Positions 1-8,548 of a stretch of 64,000 bases of DNA are shown piece by piece; within the stretch, counting starts at the first letter, position 1, and each line of letters begins with the position of its first letter. This DNA comes from an uncultured delta proteobacterium (GTDB taxonomy: Bacteria; Desulfobacterota; Binatia; Binatales; Binataceae): assembly GCA_963765675.1 (NCBI GenBank), contig CAVXXK010000001.1, positions 1,408,001 through 1,472,000 of the forward strand, read 5' to 3'. The notes under the pieces are model-generated. The model did no database searches. It was not told the DNA's origin and was given only the letters and a program-made list of their open reading frames with translations. Made by a program: the position numbers and the translations under genes.

Positions 1-571
1 GAGTTCCATCGGCGGACGATATGATCGGCGCGACCATCCGCAGCCGATCGCCGAGTTTCGCCTTGAGCGTATGCGCGAGTCCCGCTCCAATCGCGACTCC
101 GCCGCCCGCCGATACTGCCGCGCCGCTCTGCGCCGTCGCGGGGTAGTCCTTCGCGAGCGCGGCCAGGGTTCCTTCGGTAACAAAGCGGCCCCATTCTTTT
201 GCGACCGCGGGATTGCCGGGCTCGACGCCTCGTGCGACTACGCTGCCGATTCCGCGTCCGGAGCTGAGCATCCCCTGTCCGACGACGTACGCGTCGGCGC
301 CATCGACACCGGGCACCGCGAGCACGCGCTTCTCGATCTCGCCGTACTTCGAGATCGAGCCTTCGGAGCTTTCGATTTTCACCTGCGGCGTCAGGCTCAG
401 CACGCGCTCCTTGAGGCTCTGCTCGAACCCGCCCATCACCGCGAGCGTGATAATCAGCGCGGCGACGCCGATCATCACGCCGACGGCGGTGAAGATCGTC
501 GTAACCGAGACAAATGCGTCCTTGCGCCGGGCGCGAAGGTAGCGGAGCGCGATCTTTAATTCGTAGCGCAT
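1..571 (-). CDS. LolC/LolE-family lipoprotein-releasing ABC permease (runs off window start)
   Basis: Not in ORF track. Manual translation from ATG at 571: MRYELKIALRYLRARRKDAFVSVTTIFTAVGVMIGVAALIITLAVMGGFEQSLKERVL, the typical LolC/E N-terminus. Confidence 0.85.
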   Translation of the reverse strand, partial: MRYELKIALRYLRARRKDAFVSVTTIFTAVGVMIGVAALIITLAVMGGFEQSLKERVLSLTPQVKIESSEGSISKYGEIEKRVLAVPGVDGADAYVVGQGMLSSGRGIGSVVARGVEPGNPAVAKEWGRFVTEGTLAALAKDYPATAQSGAAVSAGGGVAIGAGLAHTLKAKLGDRLRMVAPIISSADGT

Positions 572-608
572 CAGGAAGGAGCGGAGCAGCGTGACCGCGC
601 CGGATGCG

Positions 609-1823
609 TCACATTATCACGTTTTCTTTTTTGAGCGTTTCGATTTCCGCGGCGTTCAGTCCGAGCATTCCGGAGAAAACTTCCTCGTTATCCTGCCCCA
701 TGATCGGCGCGGCGAAACGCAGCGCGCCGGGCGTGCGGCTCATGCGATGCTCCAGTCCCTCGTACACCGACGGGCCCATTTCTTTGTGTTCGAGCCAATG
801 CCAGAAATCAAACGCGTCAAGATTTTCATCCTGATGAAGATCGACGCAGTTCTGCACCGGATACGCCGCGATCCCGGCCGTCTGCAGCTTGCCCGTCAAC
901 TCGTAAGCGTTGTGCGTGCGCGTCAGCGGGTTCACAAATTCGTCGAGCGCCGATGCGTTCTTGAGCCGTGCCGCGTGCGACGCGAAACGCGCATCGCCAG
1001 TCACGCCGAGCACTTGCAGCATCGCGGTCCACTGTGCGTCGTCGGCGACCGCGATCGCGATCCAGCGCTCGTGCCCGTCCTCGTCGGCGCACGGATACGC
1101 ACCGTGCGGAGCGTAGCGATCTGAGCGATTCGCGCGCGGCCCGAGCACGCGCCCAGTCGCGAAATAATCGATCAGCGCAGGCGCCATGTTGTGCAGCGCC
1201 GCTTCGTATTGCGACATGTCGATGTATTGGCCGATACCGGTGCGGCGGCGGTAGTCGAGCGCGGCCAGCAGCACCGACGCGGAAAATCGCGGCGCGACGA
1301 AATCGCTATACGCGCCGTAGGGCGGGCACGGCGAGTTCTCGTCGTAACCCGAGATGTAATAGAAGCCCGACAGCGCCGCCATCAACTGCCCGAACCCGGG
1401 ATAGAGCGCGTTGGGTCCCGTCTGGCCCTGCATGCAAGTCGAGAGCATGATCAGCTCTGGGCGCAGCTCGCACAGCTTCGGATAGTCGAGCCCCCAGTTG
1501 CGCATCGCTTTGGGCGTGAAGCTCTCGACCACGATATCGGCCCACGGCACCAGCTTCTTCACCAGCTCACGCGCCTTGGGTTTTCCGAGATCGAGCGTGA
1601 TGCCTTTCTTCGAGGTATTGTAGCTCGCGAAAAACTGGCTCGAATTGATTCCGGGCCGCGCGTCTTTCCATGGCGGCGCCAGGCGCAGCACATCGGGCCG
1701 CGCCAGCGACTCGATACGGATCACCTCGGCGCCATTGTCGGCGAGATACTTGGTCGTGATCGGTCCGACGCCGACCCACGCGAAGTCCAGGATCTTTACT
1801 CCCTCGAGCGCGAATTCACTCAT
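609..1823 (-). CDS. Class III (CaiB/BaiF) CoA-transferase, likely catalytic subunit
   Basis: ALEGVKILDF, GAEVIRIES, YNTSKKGITLDL and APIMGQDN motifs; candidate catalytic Asp in GAYSD. Confidence 0.9.
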   Translation of the reverse strand: MSEFALEGVKILDFAWVGVGPITTKYLADNGAEVIRIESLARPDVLRLAPPWKDARPGINSSQFFASYNTSKKGITLDLGKPKARELVKKLVPWADIVVESFTPKAMRNWGLDYPKLCELRPELIMLSTCMQGQTGPNALYPGFGQLMAALSGFYYISGYDENSPCPPYGAYSDFVAPRFSASVLLAALDYRRRTGIGQYIDMSQYEAALHNMAPALIDYFATGRVLGPRANRSDRYAPHGAYPCADEDGHERWIAIAVADDAQWTAMLQVLGVTGDARFASHAARLKNASALDEFVNPLTRTHNAYELTGKLQTAGIAAYPVQNCVDLHQDENLDAFDFWHWLEHKEMGPSVYEGLEHRMSRTPGALRFAAPIMGQDNEEVFSGMLGLNAAEIETLKKENVIM

Positions 1824-1835
1824 CGCGGTTTCCCC

Positions 1836-3095
1836 TCAGATCGCGCCGGCGGCGCGCAGTTCGCCAAGGCGCTTGTCGCTGAGCCCGAGCAATCCGCCGT
1901 AAATCTCGTGGTTGTGCTCGCCGATCTTCGGCGCGCGCGTTGGTGCGCCAAGCGGCGTGCGGCTGAGCTTGGCGAACGCGCCCGGCAGAGTCATCTTGCG
2001 CCCGAGCGTGTCGTGTTCGACCTGGACAAAATACTCGCGCGCCGTGAGCTGCGGGTCGCCCGCGATATCAGCGGCAGTTGCGATCGGCGCGAGCAGGATG
2101 CGCCGCTTGAGCGTGCCGTCGTAGATTTCCTTCTTGGTCATCGTCATGAAAAATTTCTGGATTCGATCCTCAAGGTCGCTGATCTCGAAGCGGTCGCGCT
2201 CAGTCAGCGCCATGAACATCCCGGGCACCCACGCCGCCCATTCTTTTTCGATCATCCACTGCGCGGCGAAGCCGGTCTCGTTCATCCACGCCACCAGCGC
2301 CTTGGTCGATGCTCCACCGAGCGTGCCGCCCGCGATGATCGTGGAGATGTGTCCGTCCTTGCAGCGGTAAATCATCTTGCGCCGGGCATCTTTCGAGCCG
2401 GTGAAGATTCCCGTGCGTTGAATATGATCGCCATGAAGGATCGGCATCGCCTGCTCGTTCATCAACGACCACGCGACGCAGGCCTGCATGTTTACGACGA
2501 TTTGCTGGCCGCGGCCGTCGCGCTCGCGCGCCTGATGCGCCAGCATCGAGGCGACCGCGGCCTCGCCGCCCGCATGCAGGCCGGCTTGCGGCAGGCTCAT
2601 CTGGAGCGGAGGCTTTCCTTCCTCGCCCATCATGTACATCGCGCCGCCCGCGGCCCAACTGATGATATCCGCCCACTTGTAGTTGCGCGCGGGACCGGTG
2701 TCGCCGAACGGCGTGACGGAAGTGTAGATGAGGCGCGGATTTTTTTCTGCGAGCGCCGCGCATCCGAGTCCGATCGAATCCAGATAGCCGCATTCGAACG
2801 ACTCGACCAGGAAGTCCGACTTCGCCGCGAGCGCCGCCGTGATTTCGCGCCCATCCGGTGAGTCGAGATTTGCGGTCACGGATTTTTTGCCGGCGTGATA
2901 GGCGATCGCGTAGAGGCTCCGATCGGAACCGGGCAGATCCTCGAGGAACGGCGGAATCGTTCGCGTCGAGCATCCGCGCGGAGGCTCGAGCTTGATCACC
3001 TCGGCGCCCATGTCGGCGAAAATCTTTCCGGCCAGCGCGCCTTTCTCGTCGGCCAGATCGAGCATCCGGAAACCCTTGAGCAACTCTGAAGCCAT
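1836..3095 (-). CDS. Class III CoA-transferase, second subunit apparently lacking the catalytic Asp
   Basis: LKGFRMLDL, GAEVIKLEPP, GKKSVTANL and APKIGEHN motifs; start moved to MASELL. Confidence 0.88.
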   Translation of the reverse strand: MASELLKGFRMLDLADEKGALAGKIFADMGAEVIKLEPPRGCSTRTIPPFLEDLPGSDRSLYAIAYHAGKKSVTANLDSPDGREITAALAAKSDFLVESFECGYLDSIGLGCAALAEKNPRLIYTSVTPFGDTGPARNYKWADIISWAAGGAMYMMGEEGKPPLQMSLPQAGLHAGGEAAVASMLAHQARERDGRGQQIVVNMQACVAWSLMNEQAMPILHGDHIQRTGIFTGSKDARRKMIYRCKDGHISTIIAGGTLGGASTKALVAWMNETGFAAQWMIEKEWAAWVPGMFMALTERDRFEISDLEDRIQKFFMTMTKKEIYDGTLKRRILLAPIATAADIAGDPQLTAREYFVQVEHDTLGRKMTLPGAFAKLSRTPLGAPTRAPKIGEHNHEIYGGLLGLSDKRLGELRAAGAI

Positions 3096-3221
3096 GCGAT
3101 GTATCCTGCGCGAAAGTTCTTCGGGCACGCATCGCCCGCTAGCGCCCGCATTCTAGCGTCATCCGTGAGCAACATGGAACGGAATCGCGCGGCCCATGAG
3201 GGCATCGTTAGGTCATCTGCT

Positions 3222-3537
3222 GTCATTCCCACGACTGCCGCGCGAGGAATCCCATTGGCCCTGGCCTTTACGTACATCGCCGATGAGTGCATGGCCGCCT
3301 CGGGATTTCTCCCTTCGGTCGAAATGACGGACGTGGGCTTGGTGGTATGAATACTGGATCGTCTGCCAACATTGGTCGTCGTTCCAGAAACGTCCAATCG
3401 TCATTCCGAGCCATAGGCGAGGAATCCCGAGGCGTCCATGCTCTGCGTCGCCGGCTCATGCAGCGATCCTTCGATCGAGATTTCCTTCGGCCTTGCTCAG
3501 GACAGGCTCTCGCGCTGCAGCCGCGCGCGGGAATGAC
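3222..3537. repeat. Composite REP-like element with four GTCAT-ended arms (two inverted pairs)
   Basis: GTCATTCCC..GAGGAATCCC / GGGATTTCTCCCTTCGGTCGAAATGAC / GTCATTCCGAGC..GAGGAATCCC / ..GGGAATGAC; homologous inverted copies near 6931-7130 and 14612-14810. Confidence 0.8.
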
Positions 3538-3625
3538 ACGAACCCTCGCAGGCTCTTGGCTGCGGCGATGCTTAGGCGATAAATCTCAGTCTGTAGGAAA
3601 CGATATGCAAGGGCGAGCTGACAGC

Positions 3626-4348
3626 ATGACCCCCGACGTTGCGAAGTTTCGTGCCGACGGCTTTCTCGCGTTCGAGCAGCTCGCGGACCGCGCGACCGTC
3701 GCGGAGCTCGGCGGGCTCTACGATCAGTTCCTGTCCGGTGCAATCGATTGCTCGCCGACCGACCGGCGGCTCGGACGGGTCACGCGCCAGATCATGGTGC
3801 CGTCGCGCTATCATCCGTCGTTCGTGCGCAACCAGGCGCTGGAAAACGCCCGCGAGATCTCTCGCGCGCTGCTCGAGATCGACAAGCCCGAGTTCGTATT
3901 CGACATGCTGATCTACAAGCCGCCAGGCCATCGCGCGCCGACCCTGTGGCATCAGGATATGTCGTACGCGTACGCGCCGTTCGCGCGCGCGGGAATCCGC
4001 GTTCCGGAAAACGCGATCGTGCAGTTCTGGGTCGCGCTCGACGACGTGGATATCGAAAACGGATGCATGCATTTCATCCCGGGGCAGCATCGCGAACCGC
4101 TTTTGCAGCATTACGTCGCCGGCGGTGAACCAACTGACGACGACCGGATGCTCGCGATCGCTGATCCGGAAAAAGTGCTCGACCTCGAAAACGCCGTCGC
4201 GTGTCCGCTGCGCGCGGGAGGCGCGACCGTTCACAACTACGGCACGCCGCATTTCACGCCGCCCAATCGCAGCGCGAGCCGTCCGCGCCGCGCGTACATT
4301 TTCAACTTCGCCAACCCGGCGTGGATAAAAGTGAAGCCGAGGTTTTAA
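3626..4348 (+). CDS. Phytanoyl-CoA dioxygenase (PhyH)-family Fe(II)/2-oxoglutarate oxygenase
   Basis: WHQD, FWVALDD, ENGCM, distal His (TPH) and RRAY motifs; the upstream part of the listed ORF is repeat DNA. Confidence 0.85.
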   Translation: MTPDVAKFRADGFLAFEQLADRATVAELGGLYDQFLSGAIDCSPTDRRLGRVTRQIMVPSRYHPSFVRNQALENAREISRALLEIDKPEFVFDMLIYKPPGHRAPTLWHQDMSYAYAPFARAGIRVPENAIVQFWVALDDVDIENGCMHFIPGQHREPLLQHYVAGGEPTDDDRMLAIADPEKVLDLENAVACPLRAGGATVHNYGTPHFTPPNRSASRPRRAYIFNFANPAWIKVKPRF

Positions 4349-4351
4349 GTT

Positions 4352-5164
4352 CTATTCCTTGAGCGCGGTGCGCGCCGCGCCGATCGCGGTTGCGTAGTCG
4401 GCGTGCTCGGGAATCACGAAGCGGCGGCCGAACGGGAAGTCGAGCCGCTTGGCTTCCTGCATGAAACGGAACAGCCGCGAGAGCTTGCCGGTCAGGACGA
4501 TATTCTCCTGTCCGCATGCGCGCGCGCTCGCGAGACTCAGCACGCCGATCGATTCGACGATCATGTTCATGATCGCAAGTGCCTTGTCTTCGGTGGTAGC
4601 GTCGGCGCCGATTTTGCCGAAATTCGCGGCCGTGGTTCCGGGCGGCAGATCGCCGATCGGACCGCCCGCGATATCGCGCACGGTCAAATCGATCCGGCGC
4701 AGATCGCCATTGCGCGCCAGCTCCTCGAGCCGTTCGATCGTCACCACGCCGAGCATGTGCCGCGCGAGGCCCAGCAAAGTTCCTCCGCCGACTCCGGTGC
4801 CGCTGAAGTGCTGAATCTTGCCGGGCGTGACCGAAACGATCGCCGTGCCGGTGCCGAGTGAAACCACGAGCGCCTGTTCCATTCCGGCCAGCGAAGTTCC
4901 GCCGACGCCGATCGCGGTGAACTCGTTGACTTTCAGGATCGGGCGCCCGAGCAGGGAATCGCCGAGCACGCGCGCGCCGGCTCCCGTCGCGGCGATCCGC
5001 TCGATATCCTCGAGCCGGATGCCGAACTCGGACGCGAGCTTTCCAAGTGCGCCCGCCGCGGCCGCGACCGGATCATTCGCTTCGATAGTGACGACGTGCA
5101 GTCCGCCATTTTCGATCACCACGGCATCCGTGGTTGAACCGCCGATATCGATTCCGACGATCAT
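4352..5164 (-). CDS. Type II pantothenate kinase (CoaW/fumble-like, ASKHA fold)
   Basis: GIDIGGSTT, TGAGA, VNEF, VSLGTGT, GVGGGTLLGL, DLTVRDI and ANFGK motifs. Confidence 0.8.
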   Translation of the reverse strand: MIVGIDIGGSTTDAVVIENGGLHVVTIEANDPVAAAAGALGKLASEFGIRLEDIERIAATGAGARVLGDSLLGRPILKVNEFTAIGVGGTSLAGMEQALVVSLGTGTAIVSVTPGKIQHFSGTGVGGGTLLGLARHMLGVVTIERLEELARNGDLRRIDLTVRDIAGGPIGDLPPGTTAANFGKIGADATTEDKALAIMNMIVESIGVLSLASARACGQENIVLTGKLSRLFRFMQEAKRLDFPFGRRFVIPEHADYATAIGAARTALKE

Positions 5165-5288
5165 ATGGGGGTGCCGGCTCCTGTCCAGCCCGGCATCGAG
5201 GCTAGATCAGGCACCGCCGCCGACGCAATCGGCCGCTTAAGACACTCCCAGCCCCTGTCGGGGTGTCGACAAACGGGAGGTCTTTTCC

Positions 5289-5407
5289 GTCATCCTGAAC
5301 GGAGGGTGCCGCAGGCGAAGGATCTCCGCGAAGCGATTAGTGCGGAGAATCGGCGCTGGTTGCACTAATCGCTTCGCGGAGATCCTTCGCCTGCGGCTCA
5401 GGATGAC
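5289..5407. repeat. GTCATCCTGA-type palindromic REP/MITE-like element
   Basis: GTCATCCTGA...TCAGGATGAC termini around a ~35-bp perfect stem; near-identical inverted copy at 28508-28624 and half copy at 14354-14399. Confidence 0.9.
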
Positions 5408-5486
5408 ACCGACTCAGCATCAGCGAGAAACCCGACAACCGCCGTGCGAGCGGAGTTTCGGCGGGGGCTGTGCTAGCGTCGATCGC

Positions 5487-6827
5487 GTGGCGCGCAGGAA
5501 ACCATCGGGAACCGCGGAGCTGTTCAGGCCGCGGACGCCACTCGCGCAACCGCTTGCCGACCGGATGCGGCCGGCGCGGCTCGAAGAAGTAATCGGGCAG
5601 GAGCATCTGCTTGGTCCCGGCAAGCTGCTGACGCGGACGGTCGCGGCGGGGAAGCTGCACTCGATGATCCTGTGGGGACCGCCGGGTGCGGGCAAGACCA
5701 CGCTCGCGATCCTGCTCGCGCAGCAATCGGGCGCGGAGTTTCATCGCCTGTCAGCGGTCAGCGCGGGAATCGCCGATCTGCGCGATGCGGTCGAGGACGC
5801 GCGCCGCGCGCTGGAGAGCGGCAAGCGCACGGTGTTGTTTATCGACGAGATTCATCGATGGAACCGCGCGCAGCAGGACGCTTTTTTGCCGCACGTCGAG
5901 AGCGGACTCATCACACTGATCGGCGCCACGACCGAGAATCCGTCGTTCGAGGTAATCTCGCCGTTGTTGTCGCGCGCTCGCGTGATCGTTCTGAACCCGC
6001 TCAGCGAAGAAGCGCTGCGCACGATCATCACGCACGCGCTCGAGGACCGCGAGCGCGGTCTTGGCGCGAAGGAATTTTCGCTCGGCGCGAACGCGATGGA
6101 CGAGTTGCTGCGCTTTTCGGGCGGCGACGCGCGCCGCGCGCTCAACACGCTCGAAATCGCGGGCGAGCTCGCGGGGCAGGCGGACTCGAAGGAGATTTCC
6201 GCCGACGCAGTGCGCGAAGCCGCGCAGCACAAGGCGCTGCTTTACGATCGCGCGGGCGAGGAGCATTACAACGTCATCTCGGCGTTTATCAAAAGCATGC
6301 GCGGAAGCGACCCCGACGCCGCGCTCTACTGGATGATGCGGATGGTCGAGGCGGGCGAAGAGCCGCTGTTCATCGCGCGGCGGATGGTGATCTTCGCGTC
6401 AGAGGACGTCGGCAACGCCGACCCGCGCGCGCTGCAGATCGCGCTTGCGGTCAAGGACGCAGTCGATTTCGTCGGCCTGCCCGAGGGCGTGATTCCGCTG
6501 GCGCAGGGCGTGACCTATCTTGCGTGCGCGCCGAAATCCAACGCGTCTTACCTGGCGATGAACCGCGCGCGCGAGGATGCGCAGCGCGGCGCGCTGGCAG
6601 TGCCGATGCATCTGCGCAATGCGCCGACCGCGATGATGAAGGGCCTCGGCTACGGCAAGGATTATCGCTATCCGCACGACTACGAGGGCGCCGTCACGAG
6701 CCAGAGTTACTTACCCGATGAGCTTGCCGAGCGTATCTACTACGAGCCCAACGAGCGCGGCTACGAGGTCCGCATTCGCGAATGGCTCGAGCGGGCGCGC
6801 GCCGCGCGCAAGAATCCAAAGTCATAG
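5487..6827 (+). CDS. rarA: Replication-associated recombination protein A (AAA+ ATPase)
   Basis: PLADRMRP, GPPGAGKT, FIDEIHR, GATTENP, SAFIKSMRGSDPDAA and GYGKDYRYPHD; start placed at GTG after the repeat. Confidence 0.95.
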   Translation: MARRKPSGTAELFRPRTPLAQPLADRMRPARLEEVIGQEHLLGPGKLLTRTVAAGKLHSMILWGPPGAGKTTLAILLAQQSGAEFHRLSAVSAGIADLRDAVEDARRALESGKRTVLFIDEIHRWNRAQQDAFLPHVESGLITLIGATTENPSFEVISPLLSRARVIVLNPLSEEALRTIITHALEDRERGLGAKEFSLGANAMDELLRFSGGDARRALNTLEIAGELAGQADSKEISADAVREAAQHKALLYDRAGEEHYNVISAFIKSMRGSDPDAALYWMMRMVEAGEEPLFIARRMVIFASEDVGNADPRALQIALAVKDAVDFVGLPEGVIPLAQGVTYLACAPKSNASYLAMNRAREDAQRGALAVPMHLRNAPTAMMKGLGYGKDYRYPHDYEGAVTSQSYLPDELAERIYYEPNERGYEVRIREWLERARAARKNPKS

Positions 6828-6930
6828 GGTAGTAGTTGAACAAGAAAAATATAGCAGTTTCGGACGACGAGACATTTCCCCGTGGAGGAGTCTCCGTGCA
6901 TGTCCCTCGGCCATTGCGCAACATGCGGGT

Positions 6931-7130
6931 GAGTGCACGGACGCCTCGGGATTCCTCGCCCACGGCTCGGAATGACGGTCGGGAGACTCGGCTGAGACTG
7001 CGATACTTACGCACCAAGCTCACATCCGTCATTTCGACCGAAGGGAGAAATCCCGGAGCGTCCGTGCTCCGAGCTGACGGTTACGTGCAGTGGCACTCTC
7101 GCTGGGGATTCTTGCGTGTGATGCGCACGA
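6931..7130. repeat. Inverted copy of the composite GTCAT element
   Basis: GGACGCCTCGGGATTCCTCGCCCACGGCTCGGAATGAC and GTCATTTCGACCGAAGGGAGAAATCCCG match the reverse complement of ~3295-3440. Confidence 0.8.
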
Positions 7131-7178
7131 CAACGGTGAGCGCAATGGCACGCACAACAGAGCGAGCGCGAGAAGATT

Positions 7179-7218
7179 GAAAACCACAAACCGCAAGGCG
7201 GGTTCGCCTTGCGGTTTG
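7179..7218 (-). terminator. Probable intrinsic terminator of hup
   Basis: Perfect 14-bp stem CAAACCGCAAGGCG/CGCCTTGCGGTTTG, followed on the minus strand by TGGTTTTC. Confidence 0.65.
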
Positions 7219-7278
7219 CTGAAAGACTATCGGTACTCTGCTCCGGAACGCGGGCGCAGCCGATTCTTAATCCTTCGG

Positions 7279-7566
7279 TTACTTGCGTTTGGCTCCGAGG
7301 ACCGCGTCCTTCAGCGCCTTGGCCGGCGTGAAGCGCAGCCGGGTACGCGCCGGAATCTTGATCGCTTCGCCCGTGGCGGGGTTGCGGCCCATCCGCGCCT
7401 TGGATTGGCGTTTGCGGAAAATTCCGAGCCCGGCCAGGCGCAGAGAACCTTCCTTCTTGAGTTCGCGAACGACCAGAGCGGTCAACTCCTCGAGCGCCGC
7501 CTTTCCCTGCTTCTTGGAAACTCCGAGCTTGTCAGCCATGTGGGCTGCTACCTGCGACTGCGTCAT
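7279..7566 (-). CDS. hup: HU family DNA-binding protein
   Basis: GLGIF..RQSKARMGRNPATGEAIKIPA..LRFTPAKALKD; AAGGAGG RBS before the ATG. Confidence 0.93.
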   Translation of the reverse strand: MTQSQVAAHMADKLGVSKKQGKAALEELTALVVRELKKEGSLRLAGLGIFRKRQSKARMGRNPATGEAIKIPARTRLRFTPAKALKDAVLGAKRK

Positions 7567-7783
7567 CATCCGCCTCCTTGCGGCCCGATATTCGGGCTTT
7601 GGCAAAGGGTGACTAAGTGGCAGTCATTTTTCAAGGGGCGACTGCTGTGATCTATGCACATTTCCTAGAAATCGAGCGAGTTTTTGAACAGGAGGCCGCG
7701 GTTTCCACACGCAGAGCGGGGTTTGCGCGTCCGAGGCTCCGCGCGCCGCGCTATGACAGGCGTTTCCGCGCGCGCACCGGCGC

Positions 7784-8515
7784 TCAATAGCGCACTTCAG
7801 TGAGATAGAGACCGGCCGAGGGCGCAGCGGCGGGAGCGCGTGCGCGATCGCCCGAGGCGAGGATCGCCGCGATTTCGGCGGCGTCGATTCGGCCGCGCCC
7901 CGCCTCGATCATCGCCGCCACCATCGTGCGCACCATGTGGCGTAGGAAGCTGGTCGCCTCGACATTGTAGATGAGCAGCTCGCCCTCGCGCCGCCAGTCG
8001 CTCGCTATCACGCGGCGCATCGTGGTTCTTTCCTCGGAGCCAAGCGTGCGCATCGCGGCGAAGTCATGCTCGCCGACAAACACCGCCGCCGCCGCCCGCA
8101 TCGCGGCGAGATCAAGCGTCGCGCGCACCAGGTGGGCGTAGCGATACTCGAACGCCGACGCGACCGCGCGGTTCAGCACTCGATACTCGTAGATCCGCGA
8201 GCGCGCGTCGCGTCGCGGATCGAAATTGTCAGGGGCCGAAGCTGCTTCGAGGATCACGATATCGTGCGGCAGGATGCCGTTGAGTGCGCGCTGCAGTTCG
8301 TCGAGGGGGAATTCGCGCGGCAGCCGGATCGCGGCGACCTGCCCGCGCGCGTGGACGCCGGCGTCGGTGCGGCCCGCGCCGTACACGCGAACCGCCACGC
8401 CGAAAATCTGCGCGAGCGCCGCCTCGATCCGTCCCTGGATCGAATCCTGGGCCGCCTGCAGTTGCCATCCGCAGTACGCCGTGCCGTCGTATTCGAGCGT
8501 CAGCTTTACGAGCAT
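7784..8515 (-). CDS. truA: tRNA pseudouridine(38-40) synthase
   Basis: YDGT.YCGWQ, AGRTDAGVHA and FLRHMVR motifs. Confidence 0.95.
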   Translation of the reverse strand: MLVKLTLEYDGTAYCGWQLQAAQDSIQGRIEAALAQIFGVAVRVYGAGRTDAGVHARGQVAAIRLPREFPLDELQRALNGILPHDIVILEAASAPDNFDPRRDARSRIYEYRVLNRAVASAFEYRYAHLVRATLDLAAMRAAAAVFVGEHDFAAMRTLGSEERTTMRRVIASDWRREGELLIYNVEATSFLRHMVRTMVAAMIEAGRGRIDAAEIAAILASGDRARAPAAAPSAGLYLTEVRY

Positions 8516-8548
8516 TGCGCGCCCGTCCGAAGGTACGTCAGCCGGAAG

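Noticed and set aside
1191-2861. Long antisense ORFs (also 8066-9766, 11171-12490, 33691-35502, 35160-36986, 37581-38948)
   Set aside because: Shadow frames of clear genes in high-GC DNA; Arg-rich with no motifs
3287-3625. N-terminal extensions of the PhyH ORF and of rarA (5340-5486), and small ORFs at 6694-7189, 14344-14843 and 28408-28780
   Set aside because: They translate REP-like repeat DNA; their shared peptide motifs come from the repeats
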